From an uncultured Microthrixaceae bacterium (GTDB lineage: Bacteria > Actinomycetota > Acidimicrobiia > Acidimicrobiales > DATDAH01): DNA of 64,000 nt. Within the stretch, counting starts at the first letter, position 1. Each line of letters begins with the position of its first letter. Position numbers and translations under genes: made by a program. Location of the stretch: assembly GCA_963725155.1 (NCBI GenBank), contig CAVRXU010000002.1, positions 994,581-1,058,580 on the forward strand. Reading direction: 5' to 3'. Positions 36,298 to 45,956 of the stretch are shown here, piece by piece. Below the pieces are notes generated by a model. The model worked only from the letters and a program-made list of their open reading frames with translations, was not told the origin of the DNA and did not search any database.

Positions 36298-36987
36298 GTG
36301 GAAGGAACACCGGCCAGGGTCCTCGTCGTCGAGGACGACCAGAACGTCCGTCAGACCCTCGATTCCGCCTTGCGCTTCGCCGGCCACGAGGTCGTCACCG
36401 CGGACGACGGCGACGAGGCCCTGGACGAGATCGGCGCCCGCGAACCCGACCTGATCGTGCTCGACGTGATGATGCCAAGGCTCGACGGCCTCACCGTCTG
36501 CCGGATGCTGCGGGAGCGGGGCTACCGGACGCCGGTCCTGGTGCTGACCGCCCGCCATGAGGTGTCCGACCGGGTGGCCGGCCTCGACGCCGGGGCCGAC
36601 GACTACCTGGCCAAGCCCTTCGCCCTCGACGAGCTGCTGGCCCGGGTCCGGGCCCTGTTGCGACGGACCAGCCCGAGTGGCAGCGCCGATGTCCTCCGCG
36701 TGGCCGACCTCGTACTCGATCCGCAGCGGCGGTCGGCCCAGCGGGGAGACCGCCCGATCGAGCTGACCAAGACCGAGTTCGACCTGCTCGAGCTGCTGAT
36801 GCTCAACGTCGGCATCGTGCTGGAGCGCAGCGTCATCTACGACCGGATCTGGGGGTACGACTTCGAGACCGGGTCCAAGTCGCTCGACGTGTACGTCGGC
36901 TACCTGCGCCGCAAGACCGAAGAGGCGGGCGAGCCCCGCCTGGTCCACACCGTCCGCGGCGTGGGCTACGTCGTCCGGGAGCCCTGA
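36298..36987 (+). CDS. mprA: OmpR-family response regulator, MprA-like
   Basis: [28 protein letters not shown]....[27 protein letters not shown]. Confidence 0.88.
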   Translation: MEGTPARVLVVEDDQNVRQTLDSALRFAGHEVVTADDGDEALDEIGAREPDLIVLDVMMPRLDGLTVCRMLRERGYRTPVLVLTARHEVSDRVAGLDAGADDYLAKPFALDELLARVRALLRRTSPSGSADVLRVADLVLDPQRRSAQRGDRPIELTKTEFDLLELLMLNVGIVLERSVIYDRIWGYDFETGSKSLDVYVGYLRRKTEEAGEPRLVHTVRGVGYVVREP

Positions 36988-37011
36988 GGAGCGATGCCCC
37001 CCGCCCCCAAA

Positions 37012-37066
37012 CCGGTTCTGGTTGCGTCTCCCCGCGGCTGGTCGCGGCGGGGTGCAACCAGAACGG
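37012..37066. repeat. REP/MITE-like palindrome, family GTTCTGGTTGC..GCAACCAGAAC
   Basis: Hairpin with the same arms as the copies at 58221-58338 and 55900-55930. Confidence 0.8.
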
Positions 37067-37083
37067 GTGGGTTCGGCGAGGCG

Positions 37084-38487
37084 ATGAGCTTGCGGTGGCG
37101 GTTGTTGGCGGTCTTCGCGGTGTTGGGGGCATTGGCCATCGGGGCGGCCAACCTGACGGCGTGGCTGTCGACCAGCAACGAGCTGCGGGGCGAGGTCGAC
37201 GACTTCCTGGTCCGTCGCGGCAACGAGGTCCTCGAAGGCCGCCGCCAGCTCCCCGAGGGGCCCGGGCGCTTCGGCGACGGCGGCCCGCCGGGGACGCCGG
37301 CCGCCTTCGCTCCCGACGTGGTCACCCAGGTCCTGGACGACAACGGCGCGGTCGAGCAGTCCGTGGGCCAGGTGCTGCCCGTCGACGACGCCGACCAGGC
37401 CGTGGCCGCGGGGGCCGACGACGCCCGACTGAGCACGGTCACCGTCGACGGCGTCGACCTCCGGGTCCTGACCGTGCACCTCCGGGAGGGCGGCGCCCTG
37501 CAGATCGCCCGGGAGCTGACCGAGACCGACGACGTCCTCACCGCGCTGGCCGGGCGCCTGGCCCTCATCACGTTGACCGGCGCGGCCCTGGCCGGCCTGG
37601 TCGGCTGGTTGGTGGCCCGGCGCATCACCGGCCCGGTGCGGGCCCTGGCCGACACCGCTGAGGAGGTGGCGGCCACCCAGGACCTGACCACCCCCATCCC
37701 GGTCCAGGGCGACGACGAGGTCGGCCGCCTGGCTCGCTCCTTCAACACCATGCTCGGGGCGCTGTCCGACTCCCGGCGCCAGCAGCAGCAGCTCATCCAG
37801 GACGCCAGCCACGAGCTGCGCACCCCGCTGACCAGCCTGCGCACCAGCGCCGAACTGCTGGAGCGGGGCGCCGACATCGCCCCTGACGAGCGCGACCGTC
37901 TGCTGGCCGTCATCGCCGGTGAGTCCAAGGAGCTGAGCGAGCTGGTCACCGAGCTGGTCGAGCTGGCGACCGAGCAGCGCGCTGCCGCACCGTTCACCGA
38001 CGTCGCCCTGGACGAGGTCGTGGCCCGGGCGGTGCGCCAGAGCCGAGACCGCACCGGGCGCGACATCGCCCTGGACGCCGCACCGGCCGTGGTCGACGGC
38101 GATCCGGTCCTCCTGGAGCGAGTGGTGCGCAACCTGCTCGACAACGCCGACAAGTTCGCTCCCGCCGGGACGCCGGTCGAGGTCACCCTGGTCACGGTGG
38201 CCCCCGACGTCCGGCTCGTTGTCGCCGACCACGGCCCCGGGATCCCCGCCGAGGACCGCGAGCGCGTGTTCGACCGCTTCTACCGGTCCGCGGCCTCGAG
38301 GACCCTGCCCGGCTCCGGCCTGGGCCTGGCCATCGTGGCCCAGGTGGTCCGCGCCCACGGTGGCGAGGTGCGGGCGGGTGGAAGGGATGGGGGCGGCGCG
38401 GTGTTGACCGTGGTGCTGCCCCTGTCGGCCGACGGGACTGCCGTTACCCTTGACCCGGCGTTGACCGTGAAAACCCCACCGAGGTGA
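37084..38487 (+). CDS. mprB: HAMP sensor histidine kinase, MprB-like
   Basis: Two TMs, HAMP, DASHELRTPLTSLR, NLLDNA.K, DHGPGI, FDRFYRS..SR.LPGSGLGL. Confidence 0.88.
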   Translation: MSLRWRLLAVFAVLGALAIGAANLTAWLSTSNELRGEVDDFLVRRGNEVLEGRRQLPEGPGRFGDGGPPGTPAAFAPDVVTQVLDDNGAVEQSVGQVLPVDDADQAVAAGADDARLSTVTVDGVDLRVLTVHLREGGALQIARELTETDDVLTALAGRLALITLTGAALAGLVGWLVARRITGPVRALADTAEEVAATQDLTTPIPVQGDDEVGRLARSFNTMLGALSDSRRQQQQLIQDASHELRTPLTSLRTSAELLERGADIAPDERDRLLAVIAGESKELSELVTELVELATEQRAAAPFTDVALDEVVARAVRQSRDRTGRDIALDAAPAVVDGDPVLLERVVRNLLDNADKFAPAGTPVEVTLVTVAPDVRLVVADHGPGIPAEDRERVFDRFYRSAASRTLPGSGLGLAIVAQVVRAHGGEVRAGGRDGGGAVLTVVLPLSADGTAVTLDPALTVKTPPR

Positions 38488-39137
38488 CCCCAGCAGTGAG
38501 CATCGATGTTCCCGAGGACCTCCGCACCGAGCCGGTGATCACCGTCACCGACGACGCCCTCGTCCAGATCCTGGAGCTGAAGGCCAAGGAGAGCGACGCC
38601 GACGAGCTCTGCCTCCGCATCGAGGTCGTGGGCACCCAGGGCGTGGACTACCTGTACGACCTGGCCTTCGCCACGCTGGAGGAGGCCGTCGAGGGCGACT
38701 CGGTCGCCACCGTGGGCGACCTGCCGGTGATCGTTCCCGCCGAGAGCGTGGCCAAGCTGATGGGCGCCACCCTCGATCTCCCCAGCGGCGACCAGCAGGG
38801 GCTCGTCCTGCGCAATCCCAACCGGCCCAACCCGCTGGCCGGCGCGGACATCGAGCTCTCCGGCACCACCGAGGAGAAGGTCCGCCAGCTCCTCGAGCAG
38901 TCGATCAACCCGGCTCTCGCCTCCCACGGTGGCTTCGCCGTGCTCGAGCGGATCGAGGACCGCGACGAGGGCGTCGCCGCCGTCGTCACCATGGGCGGGG
39001 GTTGCCAGGGCTGCGCCGTCAGCGCCATCACCCTGCGGGAGGGGATCGAGGCCGCCATCAAGGAGGCCATCCCCGAGGTCACCGAGATCATCGACGGCAC
39101 CGACCACGACGCCGGCGAGAACCCCTACTTCACGTAG
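38484..39137 (+). CDS. nfuA: NfuA-type Fe-S cluster carrier (degenerate A-type domain + NifU-C)
   Basis: INPALASHGG, MGGGCQGC, TDH.AGENPY. Confidence 0.88.
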   Translation: MTPAVSIDVPEDLRTEPVITVTDDALVQILELKAKESDADELCLRIEVVGTQGVDYLYDLAFATLEEAVEGDSVATVGDLPVIVPAESVAKLMGATLDLPSGDQQGLVLRNPNRPNPLAGADIELSGTTEEKVRQLLEQSINPALASHGGFAVLERIEDRDEGVAAVVTMGGGCQGCAVSAITLREGIEAAIKEAIPEVTEIIDGTDHDAGENPYFT

Positions 39138-39180
39138 CGGGGCTCGGTCGTCAGAACCTTCTGACGGTTGGCATGACATA

Positions 39181-39202
39181 TGTCACACCGGCGGTGTACT
39201 GT
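39181..39202 (+). promoter_or_regulatory. Second PafBC/RecA-NDp-type promoter
   Basis: TGTCAC-N10-TACTGT; overlaps palindrome TGACATATGTCA (39174-39185). Confidence 0.55.
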
Positions 39203-39207
39203 CAGGC

Positions 39208-39292
39208 GCCTCGGACGGACCTGGTCCACCGGGGCGACAAAGGGGGGATAGGCCCGGGGTTTTGCTGGCTTGACCGGCGAGTCCCCGGGCCT
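39208..39292 (+). ncRNA. Candidate ~85-nt two-hairpin small RNA
   Basis: Hairpin 1 at 39208-39235, single-stranded ACAAAGGGGGGAU linker, hairpin 2 at 39250-39292; G-U wobbles favour the plus strand; promoter directly upstream. Confidence 0.45.
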
Positions 39293-39318
39293 CGTCGCGT
39301 CAACGGGCCGTGACCCGC

Positions 39319-41168
39319 CTACAGCAGGTCGCGGGCGGAGCCGGCGATGCCCGCGGCGTCGAGGCCGAGCTCGGCCAGGATCACGTCCGGCTTGCCGTGC
39401 GGGATGTAGCGGTCGGGCACGCCCAGCACCGCGACCTTGGGGCCGGCGCCGTCGGACCGGCGGCGGAGCTCGCCGGCCAGCGCCGAGCCCACCCCACCGT
39501 CGGCCAGGCCGTCCTCGATGGTGACCACCGCGGGGTGGGCCAGGGCGTCCTCGACCAGCGCCTCGTCGAGCGGCTTGACCACCCGGGCGTCCCAGACGGT
39601 CACGGACGACGCCCGTCGGCCTCGAGCGATCTCGGCCGCCTCGGTGGCGGCGGCCGAGCATCTTGCCGACGCCGATGATGCAGACGTCGGTGCCGCGCGC
39701 GGACCTGGCGGGCGTGCAGGCCGGAGCCGACCTCGCTCGGGGCCGACGCTGGGGGCCGCCGTCTTGGGCCAGCGGATGGCCGCCGGGCCGTCGGTGCACA
39801 GCTCCAGGGCGTCGTGGAGCATGACGCCGCAGCTCCTGGTACGACGACGGGGCGAAGATCGTCATGCCCGGCACCTTGGTCAGCAGCGACCATGTCGAGC
39901 ACGCCGTGGTGCGACGGGCCGTCGTCGCCGGTGATGCCGGCCCGGTCGAGGCAGAAGACGACGGGCTGGCGGTGCAGGCCGACGTCGTAGATTGACCTGG
40001 TCGATGGCCCGGGTGAGGAACGTGGAGTAGACGGCGACGACGGGGCGGAGCCCGCCCATGGCCATGCCCGCGGCCGACGGTGACGGCGTGCTGCTCGGCG
40101 ATGCCGACGTCGAAGCAGCGGCCGGGGAAGCGCTCGCCGAAGGGGAGCAGCCCGGTCGAGTCGGGCATGGCGGCGGTGATGGCCACCAGCTCGGGGTGCT
40201 CCTCGGCCTCCTTGATGAGGGCTTCGGTGAAGGCCGCGGTGTACGACCCCGGCTTCACGCCGCCGATGTCGTGCAGGCGCTTGATCGGGTCGTTCTCGGC
40301 CGGGGCGTAGCCCCGGCCCTTCTGGGTGAGGACGTGGACGACCACCGGGCCGTCGCAGCTCCGCGGCGTTGCGCAGGGCCTGCTCGAGGCCCTCGATGTC
40401 GTGGCCGTCGAAGGGGCCCGTGTAGCGCACGCCGAGCGTGCTCGAAGAAGGCGGGCGGCTCCCACATCTCGCGGACGGCGGCCTTGGTGGCCTCGAGGCC
40501 CCGGTCCATCCGTTCGCCGGCGGGGAGGCGCTGGAGGGTGCGCTCGATGCGGGCCTGCTGGCGCAGGTAGGTCGGGTTGAGGCGGAGGCGGGCCAGGCTC
40601 TCGCCCAGGCGGGAGACCGTCGGGGCGTACGAGCGCCCGTTGTCGTTGAGGATGATGATCGCCTTGCGGCCGCGTGTGGCCGAGGTTGTTGAGGCCCTCG
40701 AACGCCATGCCGCCGGTCATCGAGCCGTCGCCGATCACGGCGATGACCCGCCGCCCCTCGCCCAGCTCGCTGCTCCTGGGCCGCCGCCAGGCCGTGGGCG
40801 TAGCGACAGGACGGTCGAGGCGTGGCTGTTCTCGATCCAGTCGTGCGTCGGACTCGTCCCGGGACGGGTAGCCCGAGAGGCCGCCGGCCTGGCGCAGCGT
40901 CGCGGAAGTCGGCTCTGGCGTCCGGTGAGCGATCTTGTGGACGTACGCCTGGTGGCCGGTGTCCCACAGGATGATGTCGTCGGGGCGAGTCGAACACCCG
41001 GTGCAGGGCGAGGGTGAGCTCGACGACGCCGAGGTTGGACCCGAGGTGCCCGCTGCCGGCCTCGTCCACGGCGGCGACGACGAACTCCCGGATCTCCTGG
41101 GCGAGGTCCGTGAGCTCCTCGGGGGACAGCCCCTTGAGATCAGCCGGTGAGTGGATTTGCTCGAGCAT
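39319..41168 (-). pseudogene. dxs: 1-deoxy-D-xylulose-5-phosphate synthase, multiply frameshifted (likely consensus errors)
   Basis: [73 protein letters not shown] spread over three frames. Confidence 0.9.
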
Positions 41169-41222
41169 GGGTGCCTCCGAACCGTACCGCCTCCGTCGCC
41201 GGCGTCGGTAGACGCGTGGGCC

Positions 41223-41972
41223 TCAGGTGGTCAGCGTCAGGTCGGCGACCACCGGCCAGTGATCCGAAGGCAGGCGGCCCCGGGGCCGTCCGGTGACGAC
41301 CTGGGCCGGGCCGATCTCCCAGTGGCTCGACACCAGGATGTGGTCGATGCGACGCCCGTCGGTCCGGCCGGTGAAGTCGTGGTTGGTGCCCGGAGCGTCG
41401 GGGGGCAGGACGGTGCGCAGCCCGCCCGCCTCGAGGATCGCCAGCACCCGACTGTCGGGCCCGGCGTTCAGGTCGCCGACCACGATGCTGGGGCCGTCGT
41501 CCAGCCAACCGAGCAGCTGCTCGGCCGCTCTCAGTCGGTTGTCCTCGTGACGCTGGTCCAGGTGGGTGTTGACGAAGGTGAACGGCGGGCCGCCGCCGTC
41601 CACCGGGCGGAAGCCGGCGATGGTCGCCACGCGGGGAGACGTCGCCTTGGGCAGGCGTATGCCCGGTCGGCTCGGTTCGTCGCCGTACCAGCGCGTCTCG
41701 CTGGCGGTGAGCTCGAGCGCGGCCTGGCGGAAGATCACAGCGCAGCGCTCGCCCCGGCGCAGGGCCGACCGCCCGTCGCCGGTCAGGCCGTGATCCGGGA
41801 GCCGGCGGCGCAGGTAGTTGGCTTGGAAGCCGTAGGCCTCCTGCAGCCCGACGACGTCGGCGTCGAGGCCACCGATCATGTCCGCCGTCGCTCTCCGTCG
41901 GAACAGCCAGGAGTTGCAGCCGTCGAAGGCCACGCCGTTGCGGATGTTGAAGGTGCCGACCCGGAGGTTCAT
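41223..41972 (-). CDS. Endonuclease/exonuclease/phosphatase family protein
   Basis: TFNIR, GLQE, NTHLD, GDLN, RIDHI, SDHWPV. Confidence 0.9.
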   Translation of the reverse strand: MNLRVGTFNIRNGVAFDGCNSWLFRRRATADMIGGLDADVVGLQEAYGFQANYLRRRLPDHGLTGDGRSALRRGERCAVIFRQAALELTASETRWYGDEPSRPGIRLPKATSPRVATIAGFRPVDGGGPPFTFVNTHLDQRHEDNRLRAAEQLLGWLDDGPSIVVGDLNAGPDSRVLAILEAGGLRTVLPPDAPGTNHDFTGRTDGRRIDHILVSSHWEIGPAQVVTGRPRGRLPSDHWPVVADLTLTT

Positions 41973-42550
41973 GTCGGTTTCACGACCATGACGGCGAGGG
42001 AGCCGGCCAGGACCCCGAGCGCGGCCCCGCCGAGGACGTCCAGGCCCCAGTGGACACCGAGGTGGATCCGGCCCACCCCGACCAGCACGGCCACGGCGAT
42101 CACCAAACCCCGCCCGACGCGCCCCTGGGCCACGGTGAGCAGGAGGACGGTGGCGAGGGCGAAGGCGATGGTCGCGTGCGACGACGGCCACGACGCGTTG
42201 TCGATGATCTCGCGAGGCACACGCCCCAGTGTGGCCGGGGTCGGGCGGGGTCGGTCGAGCACGTCCTTGAGGAGGTTGGCCGCCAGCCACCCCCCGAGCC
42301 CGGCCAGCGCCGCCGCCCCGGCGGCCCGGTAACGGCCGGTGACGACAAGAGCCAAGGCGACCAGGAGGATCGCCAGTTGGGTCCCGGCCTGCATGACCGC
42401 CTCGAGCGGCGTCGTGAGCCCGTCCGGGAGATCGAAGACCCAGCGGCCGATGTCGCGCTCGATTGCGTAGGGCGTGCGGGCGTCAGCCAGCAGGCCCGTG
42501 ACCAGGAGCACCACGGCGGCCCCGATGGGCACGAGGCGCTGACGGGTCAC
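41969..42550 (-). CDS. PAP2-family phosphatase
   Basis: K....RPRP, SWPSSH, GRIHLGVHW..D. Confidence 0.88.
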   Translation of the reverse strand: MTRQRLVPIGAAVVLLVTGLLADARTPYAIERDIGRWVFDLPDGLTTPLEAVMQAGTQLAILLVALALVVTGRYRAAGAAALAGLGGWLAANLLKDVLDRPRPTPATLGRVPREIIDNASWPSSHATIAFALATVLLLTVAQGRVGRGLVIAVAVLVGVGRIHLGVHWGLDVLGGAALGVLAGSLAVMVVKPT

Positions 42551-42598
42551 GCGCCCAAGTCTGGCCGGTGGCCGTTGTTACGCTCTGCCACCGTGTGC

Positions 42599-42868
42599 AT
42601 GAACTGCGTGACCGGCTACGAGGCGCTCGCGCTCAACTCGGTCGCCGTGGTCACGGCCGGCTCGTCGCTCTGGGCCCGTTTGACCACGCGGGTCCCGCGT
42701 GAGGTCACTCGGCGCCGGGTCCACGCCGAGAACGCGGCCCTGATGCGGCGCCTCGGCCTGGACCCTGAGGCCGTGCTCGGCCCGGCCCCCGACCCGGTAC
42801 CGACGGCCGTTGCCGACGAGTCGGCTGCCGCCCCGGACGAACATCGGAAGCTGCTGGTCTCGGCATGA
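42599..42868 (+). CDS. Small hypothetical protein
   Basis: Host codon bias; stop overlaps the next start (ATGA). Confidence 0.55.
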   Translation: MNCVTGYEALALNSVAVVTAGSSLWARLTTRVPREVTRRRVHAENAALMRRLGLDPEAVLGPAPDPVPTAVADESAAAPDEHRKLLVSA

Positions 42869-43071
42869 TCCGCCGCTTCCTCCCGTTCACCATCGCCCTG
42901 GTGATCTACGTGATCCTCGGCGTGACGGTGAAGTCCTGGGTGCTCAACTGGGTCATCGGCCCGCTGTTCCTGCTGTTGACCCTCGACGTCCTCCCCCGGG
43001 CCTTCGGGGCCCGCCCGTTCTTCGAGCTACCCCCGGTCGATGCGCCGGCGGAGGACACCCCGATCCCGTGA
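42865..43071 (+). CDS. Small two-TM protein
   Basis: Two hydrophobic helices; translationally coupled on both sides. Confidence 0.7.
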   Translation: MIRRFLPFTIALVIYVILGVTVKSWVLNWVIGPLFLLLTLDVLPRAFGARPFFELPPVDAPAEDTPIP

Positions 43072-44036
43072 GTTGGGCCGCCCACGAGTTCGAGAACTAC
43101 TTCATCCAGAAGCACACCGGGGCCCGGGTCTCGTTCCTGGCCATCGTGCTCGGCACCTTCACCCCCGACCTGTTCACCAAGTACTTCGTCTACGCCTCCG
43201 ACGACCCGGCCAAGTTCCACCGGGGCTGGCCCGGGGTCGGCTTCACCCACTCCCTGATCTTCGGCTTCGTGTTCGCGGTGCTCGTCCTGGCCCTGACCAA
43301 GAGCCGGAGCTGGGCCCTCGGGATCCTCATCGGGCAGTGGGCCCACGTGATGACCGACTTCGCCGACACGGCCGGGACCATGCCGTTCTTCCCGTTCTCG
43401 ATCGAGCCGGTGACGATCAGCATGTGGAAGCACGCCGCGGCCGAAGGGCGGTACGGCGACGCCGCCGCCTACTACAGCTCCCTCGGTGGGGTCTGGGACT
43501 TCTTCTGGTTCGCCATGGTGCTGTTCTTCGCCTGGCGCACCCTGCGTCCCGCCTACTTCCGCACCGTCGTGGTCCCCGCCGACCCCAAGGTGTGGGCCTG
43601 GCTGCACCGCAAGTTCCGGCTCACCGACAGTGGGCTGTTCCTCATCTACGTCGGCTTCTTCTTCTATGGCCTCGGCCGGATGACGTCCTGGTTCCTCTAC
43701 GCCCGATTCGGGGCCAAGACCCCGTTCCAACCCGTGTGGGGCGGGCCCGACTACATCGGCGGCAATGACCTGTCCGATGCTGGTCCGCTGGAGGTCGTCA
43801 TCCGCACGAGCATCGGCGGGGTGCTCTTCGGGCTCTTTCTCTGGCTGTGCTGGATCCTGTTCGTCCGCAAGCTCTGGGAGCGCGGCGTCGACCCGCCGGC
43901 CATCGAGCGGGGGCAGGGCCTTCGCGTGGCCTTCGTGACCGAGTCCGACGACCCCGGGCTCAAGCCGGGGCTGACGCCATCGGCCCACGGCTACGCAGAC
44001 GACGACCCCCCTCCCGCAACAGCCACGCCAGGCTGA
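43068..44036 (+). CDS. YdjM-like membrane metal-dependent hydrolase
   Basis: N-terminal H, PDL, HRG..FTHSL, H...D. Confidence 0.75.
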   Translation: MSWAAHEFENYFIQKHTGARVSFLAIVLGTFTPDLFTKYFVYASDDPAKFHRGWPGVGFTHSLIFGFVFAVLVLALTKSRSWALGILIGQWAHVMTDFADTAGTMPFFPFSIEPVTISMWKHAAAEGRYGDAAAYYSSLGGVWDFFWFAMVLFFAWRTLRPAYFRTVVVPADPKVWAWLHRKFRLTDSGLFLIYVGFFFYGLGRMTSWFLYARFGAKTPFQPVWGGPDYIGGNDLSDAGPLEVVIRTSIGGVLFGLFLWLCWILFVRKLWERGVDPPAIERGQGLRVAFVTESDDPGLKPGLTPSAHGYADDDPPPATATPG

Positions 44037-44853
44037 ACCCGCCGGCGAGCGCCAGGGCGCCGCCCAGGGCGTCGAGCCAGTAATGGTTGGCCGTCACCAC
44101 GATGGCGTAGAGCGTCATCCACGGATAGGCCGCGATCGCGATCCGTGACCAGCTGTGCTTCATGTGCGGGAAGAGGACGAGGAACACCCACGAGGACCAG
44201 GCGAAGTGCAGGCTGGGCATGGCCGCGTACTGGTTCGAGATCTGCTCCATCGTGCCGCTGTCGAAGGACCACAGCCCGCCGTACTGGGCCAGCGTGTCGA
44301 CGAAGCCGTAGCTGGCACAGGCTCCGAAATGACCACAGTCGTCGAGGAGCCGGGGCGGCATGAGCGGGAACCAGGCGAACCCGATCAGGGCCAACAGGGT
44401 GGTGAGCACGATCGTGTTGCGCCAGAACGAGTAGCGGGCGGGCTGCTTGCGGAACAGGTAGATGAGGGCGAAGCCGGTGACCCAGAAGTGGAACGAGCCG
44501 TAGAAGACGTTCCAGAACTGCAGGTAGAAGCGGTGGCCGAGGAAGAAGTCCTGGAAGTTCTCCTCGAAGAACAGGCCGACGTGACGCTCGAAGCCGACGA
44601 CCCGACGGGCGTTGGTGAAGGCCCGGATCTCGTTGCCCGTCGCCGAGCCGAAGTTGTTCCGGATGGCGCTGTAGACGAAGTAGAGGACCATCATGGCCAC
44701 GACCTCGACCCACCAGTGCAGGCGCACGTGGGTGACGTCGTCCCGGGCCCCGTGGGCCACCTGCTCGGCGTCGTCAGCCGCCTCGATCTCGGCGTCGGTG
44801 AGGTCGATCGGTTCCGGGTCCTGGTCGACGGTGTCCGATCCGGGTTCGGTCAT
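43960..44853 (-). CDS. PAP2_3 / Aur1-like (inositolphosphotransferase-type) membrane enzyme
   Basis: P.MPPR, NQYAAMPSLH, TANHY.LD. Confidence 0.82.
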   Translation of the reverse strand: MTEPGSDTVDQDPEPIDLTDAEIEAADDAEQVAHGARDDVTHVRLHWWVEVVAMMVLYFVYSAIRNNFGSATGNEIRAFTNARRVVGFERHVGLFFEENFQDFFLGHRFYLQFWNVFYGSFHFWVTGFALIYLFRKQPARYSFWRNTIVLTTLLALIGFAWFPLMPPRLLDDCGHFGACASYGFVDTLAQYGGLWSFDSGTMEQISNQYAAMPSLHFAWSSWVFLVLFPHMKHSWSRIAIAAYPWMTLYAIVVTANHYWLDALGGALALAGGFSLAWLLREGGRRLRSRGPMASAPA

Positions 44854-45863
44854 GCCGCCGACACCGCTTCGGTCCCGGGATCGATGTCGGTCTCGGCGGC
44901 GGCCACGGTGCCACGGTGCTTGGGCCCGCCGAAGGCAAAGGCCGGCGCCCCGACCAGGCTGGCGGTCAGGTTGAGGAAGTAGAGGGCGAGGCCGAGGGCG
45001 ATGGCCTGGGCGTGGGGCACACCGAGGGGCGACAGGAACAGGACCAGAGCCGTCTCCCGCAGGCCGAGGCCGGAGATGCCGATGGGCAGCACCTGGACCA
45101 TCAGCACGACGGGGATGAAGGCGATCATCGCCGTCAGCCCGGCCTCGTCGATCCCGACGACCCGGGCTGCGCAGAACGCGGCCAGCACCAGGGTCCCCTG
45201 GAACGCGAAGGCGGCGACGATCAGCTTGCGGGCGTCGGTCGGGTGGCTGCGCAGGTGGGCCACGCCGAGGTGGACCGAACCCAGGAACTGCAGCCAGTTC
45301 TGGTGCCCGGCGAACCGCCCGAGGATCTTCTGGTGGGCGGCCAGCCAGAGCACGCCGATGAGGCCGACGAGGGCCAAGGTGTTGATGAGGAAGGCGGCGG
45401 TGGCCGCCCCGGACTCGGGCAGCAGGTTGCGGTTGATGACGAAGGCGACCAGCGACATGACAGGGAGGACGAGCCACCCCGTCAGGCGCTCGAGGACCAC
45501 GGAGGCCACGGACTCCGCCCGCTTGCCGTTGTCCCGGGACACCCGGGCGATGCGGAGGATGTCGCCACCGATGGTCGTGGGCAGGACGTTGGAGACGAAC
45601 TGGCCCGCGAAGTAGTACGACACCAGGGGCTTGAGCCGTGACGGCAGGTCGAGGGCGTGCAACACCTGCTGCCACCGCACGGCCGAGAGGACGATGCTGG
45701 CCATGGTCAGGGCGATGGCTGCGACCAACCAGAGGGCGGAGGTCGCCCGCCAGTCGGGCACGAGCTCGCTGACCTCGAAATCGGGGACGCGCCAGAAGAG
45801 GACGGCGAGCATGGCCGCGCTCAGCACGATCCTCACGAGGAGGACGACCCACCTCTTCTTCAA
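44850..45863 (-). CDS. Lysylphosphatidylglycerol synthase TM-domain (flippase-like) protein
   Basis: RW..VL, F.SNVLPTTIGGD..R, SV.LER, PI.ISGLG.RE. Confidence 0.82.
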   Translation of the reverse strand: MKKRWVVLLVRIVLSAAMLAVLFWRVPDFEVSELVPDWRATSALWLVAAIALTMASIVLSAVRWQQVLHALDLPSRLKPLVSYYFAGQFVSNVLPTTIGGDILRIARVSRDNGKRAESVASVVLERLTGWLVLPVMSLVAFVINRNLLPESGAATAAFLINTLALVGLIGVLWLAAHQKILGRFAGHQNWLQFLGSVHLGVAHLRSHPTDARKLIVAAFAFQGTLVLAAFCAARVVGIDEAGLTAMIAFIPVVLMVQVLPIGISGLGLRETALVLFLSPLGVPHAQAIALGLALYFLNLTASLVGAPAFAFGGPKHRGTVAAAETDIDPGTEAVSAA

Positions 45864-45956
45864 ACGGTCTCCACCTGCCCGGGAAGCACGGGCCAGCTTA
45901 CGGGCGGCCCCGCGTTCGTCCGAAGGCGGCCGACATCGCCGTTTAGGGTCACCCGC

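Noticed and set aside
38280-39179. Minus-strand ORF starting near the 39174 palindrome
   Set aside because: Antisense shadow of nfuA/mprB with no recognisable protein features
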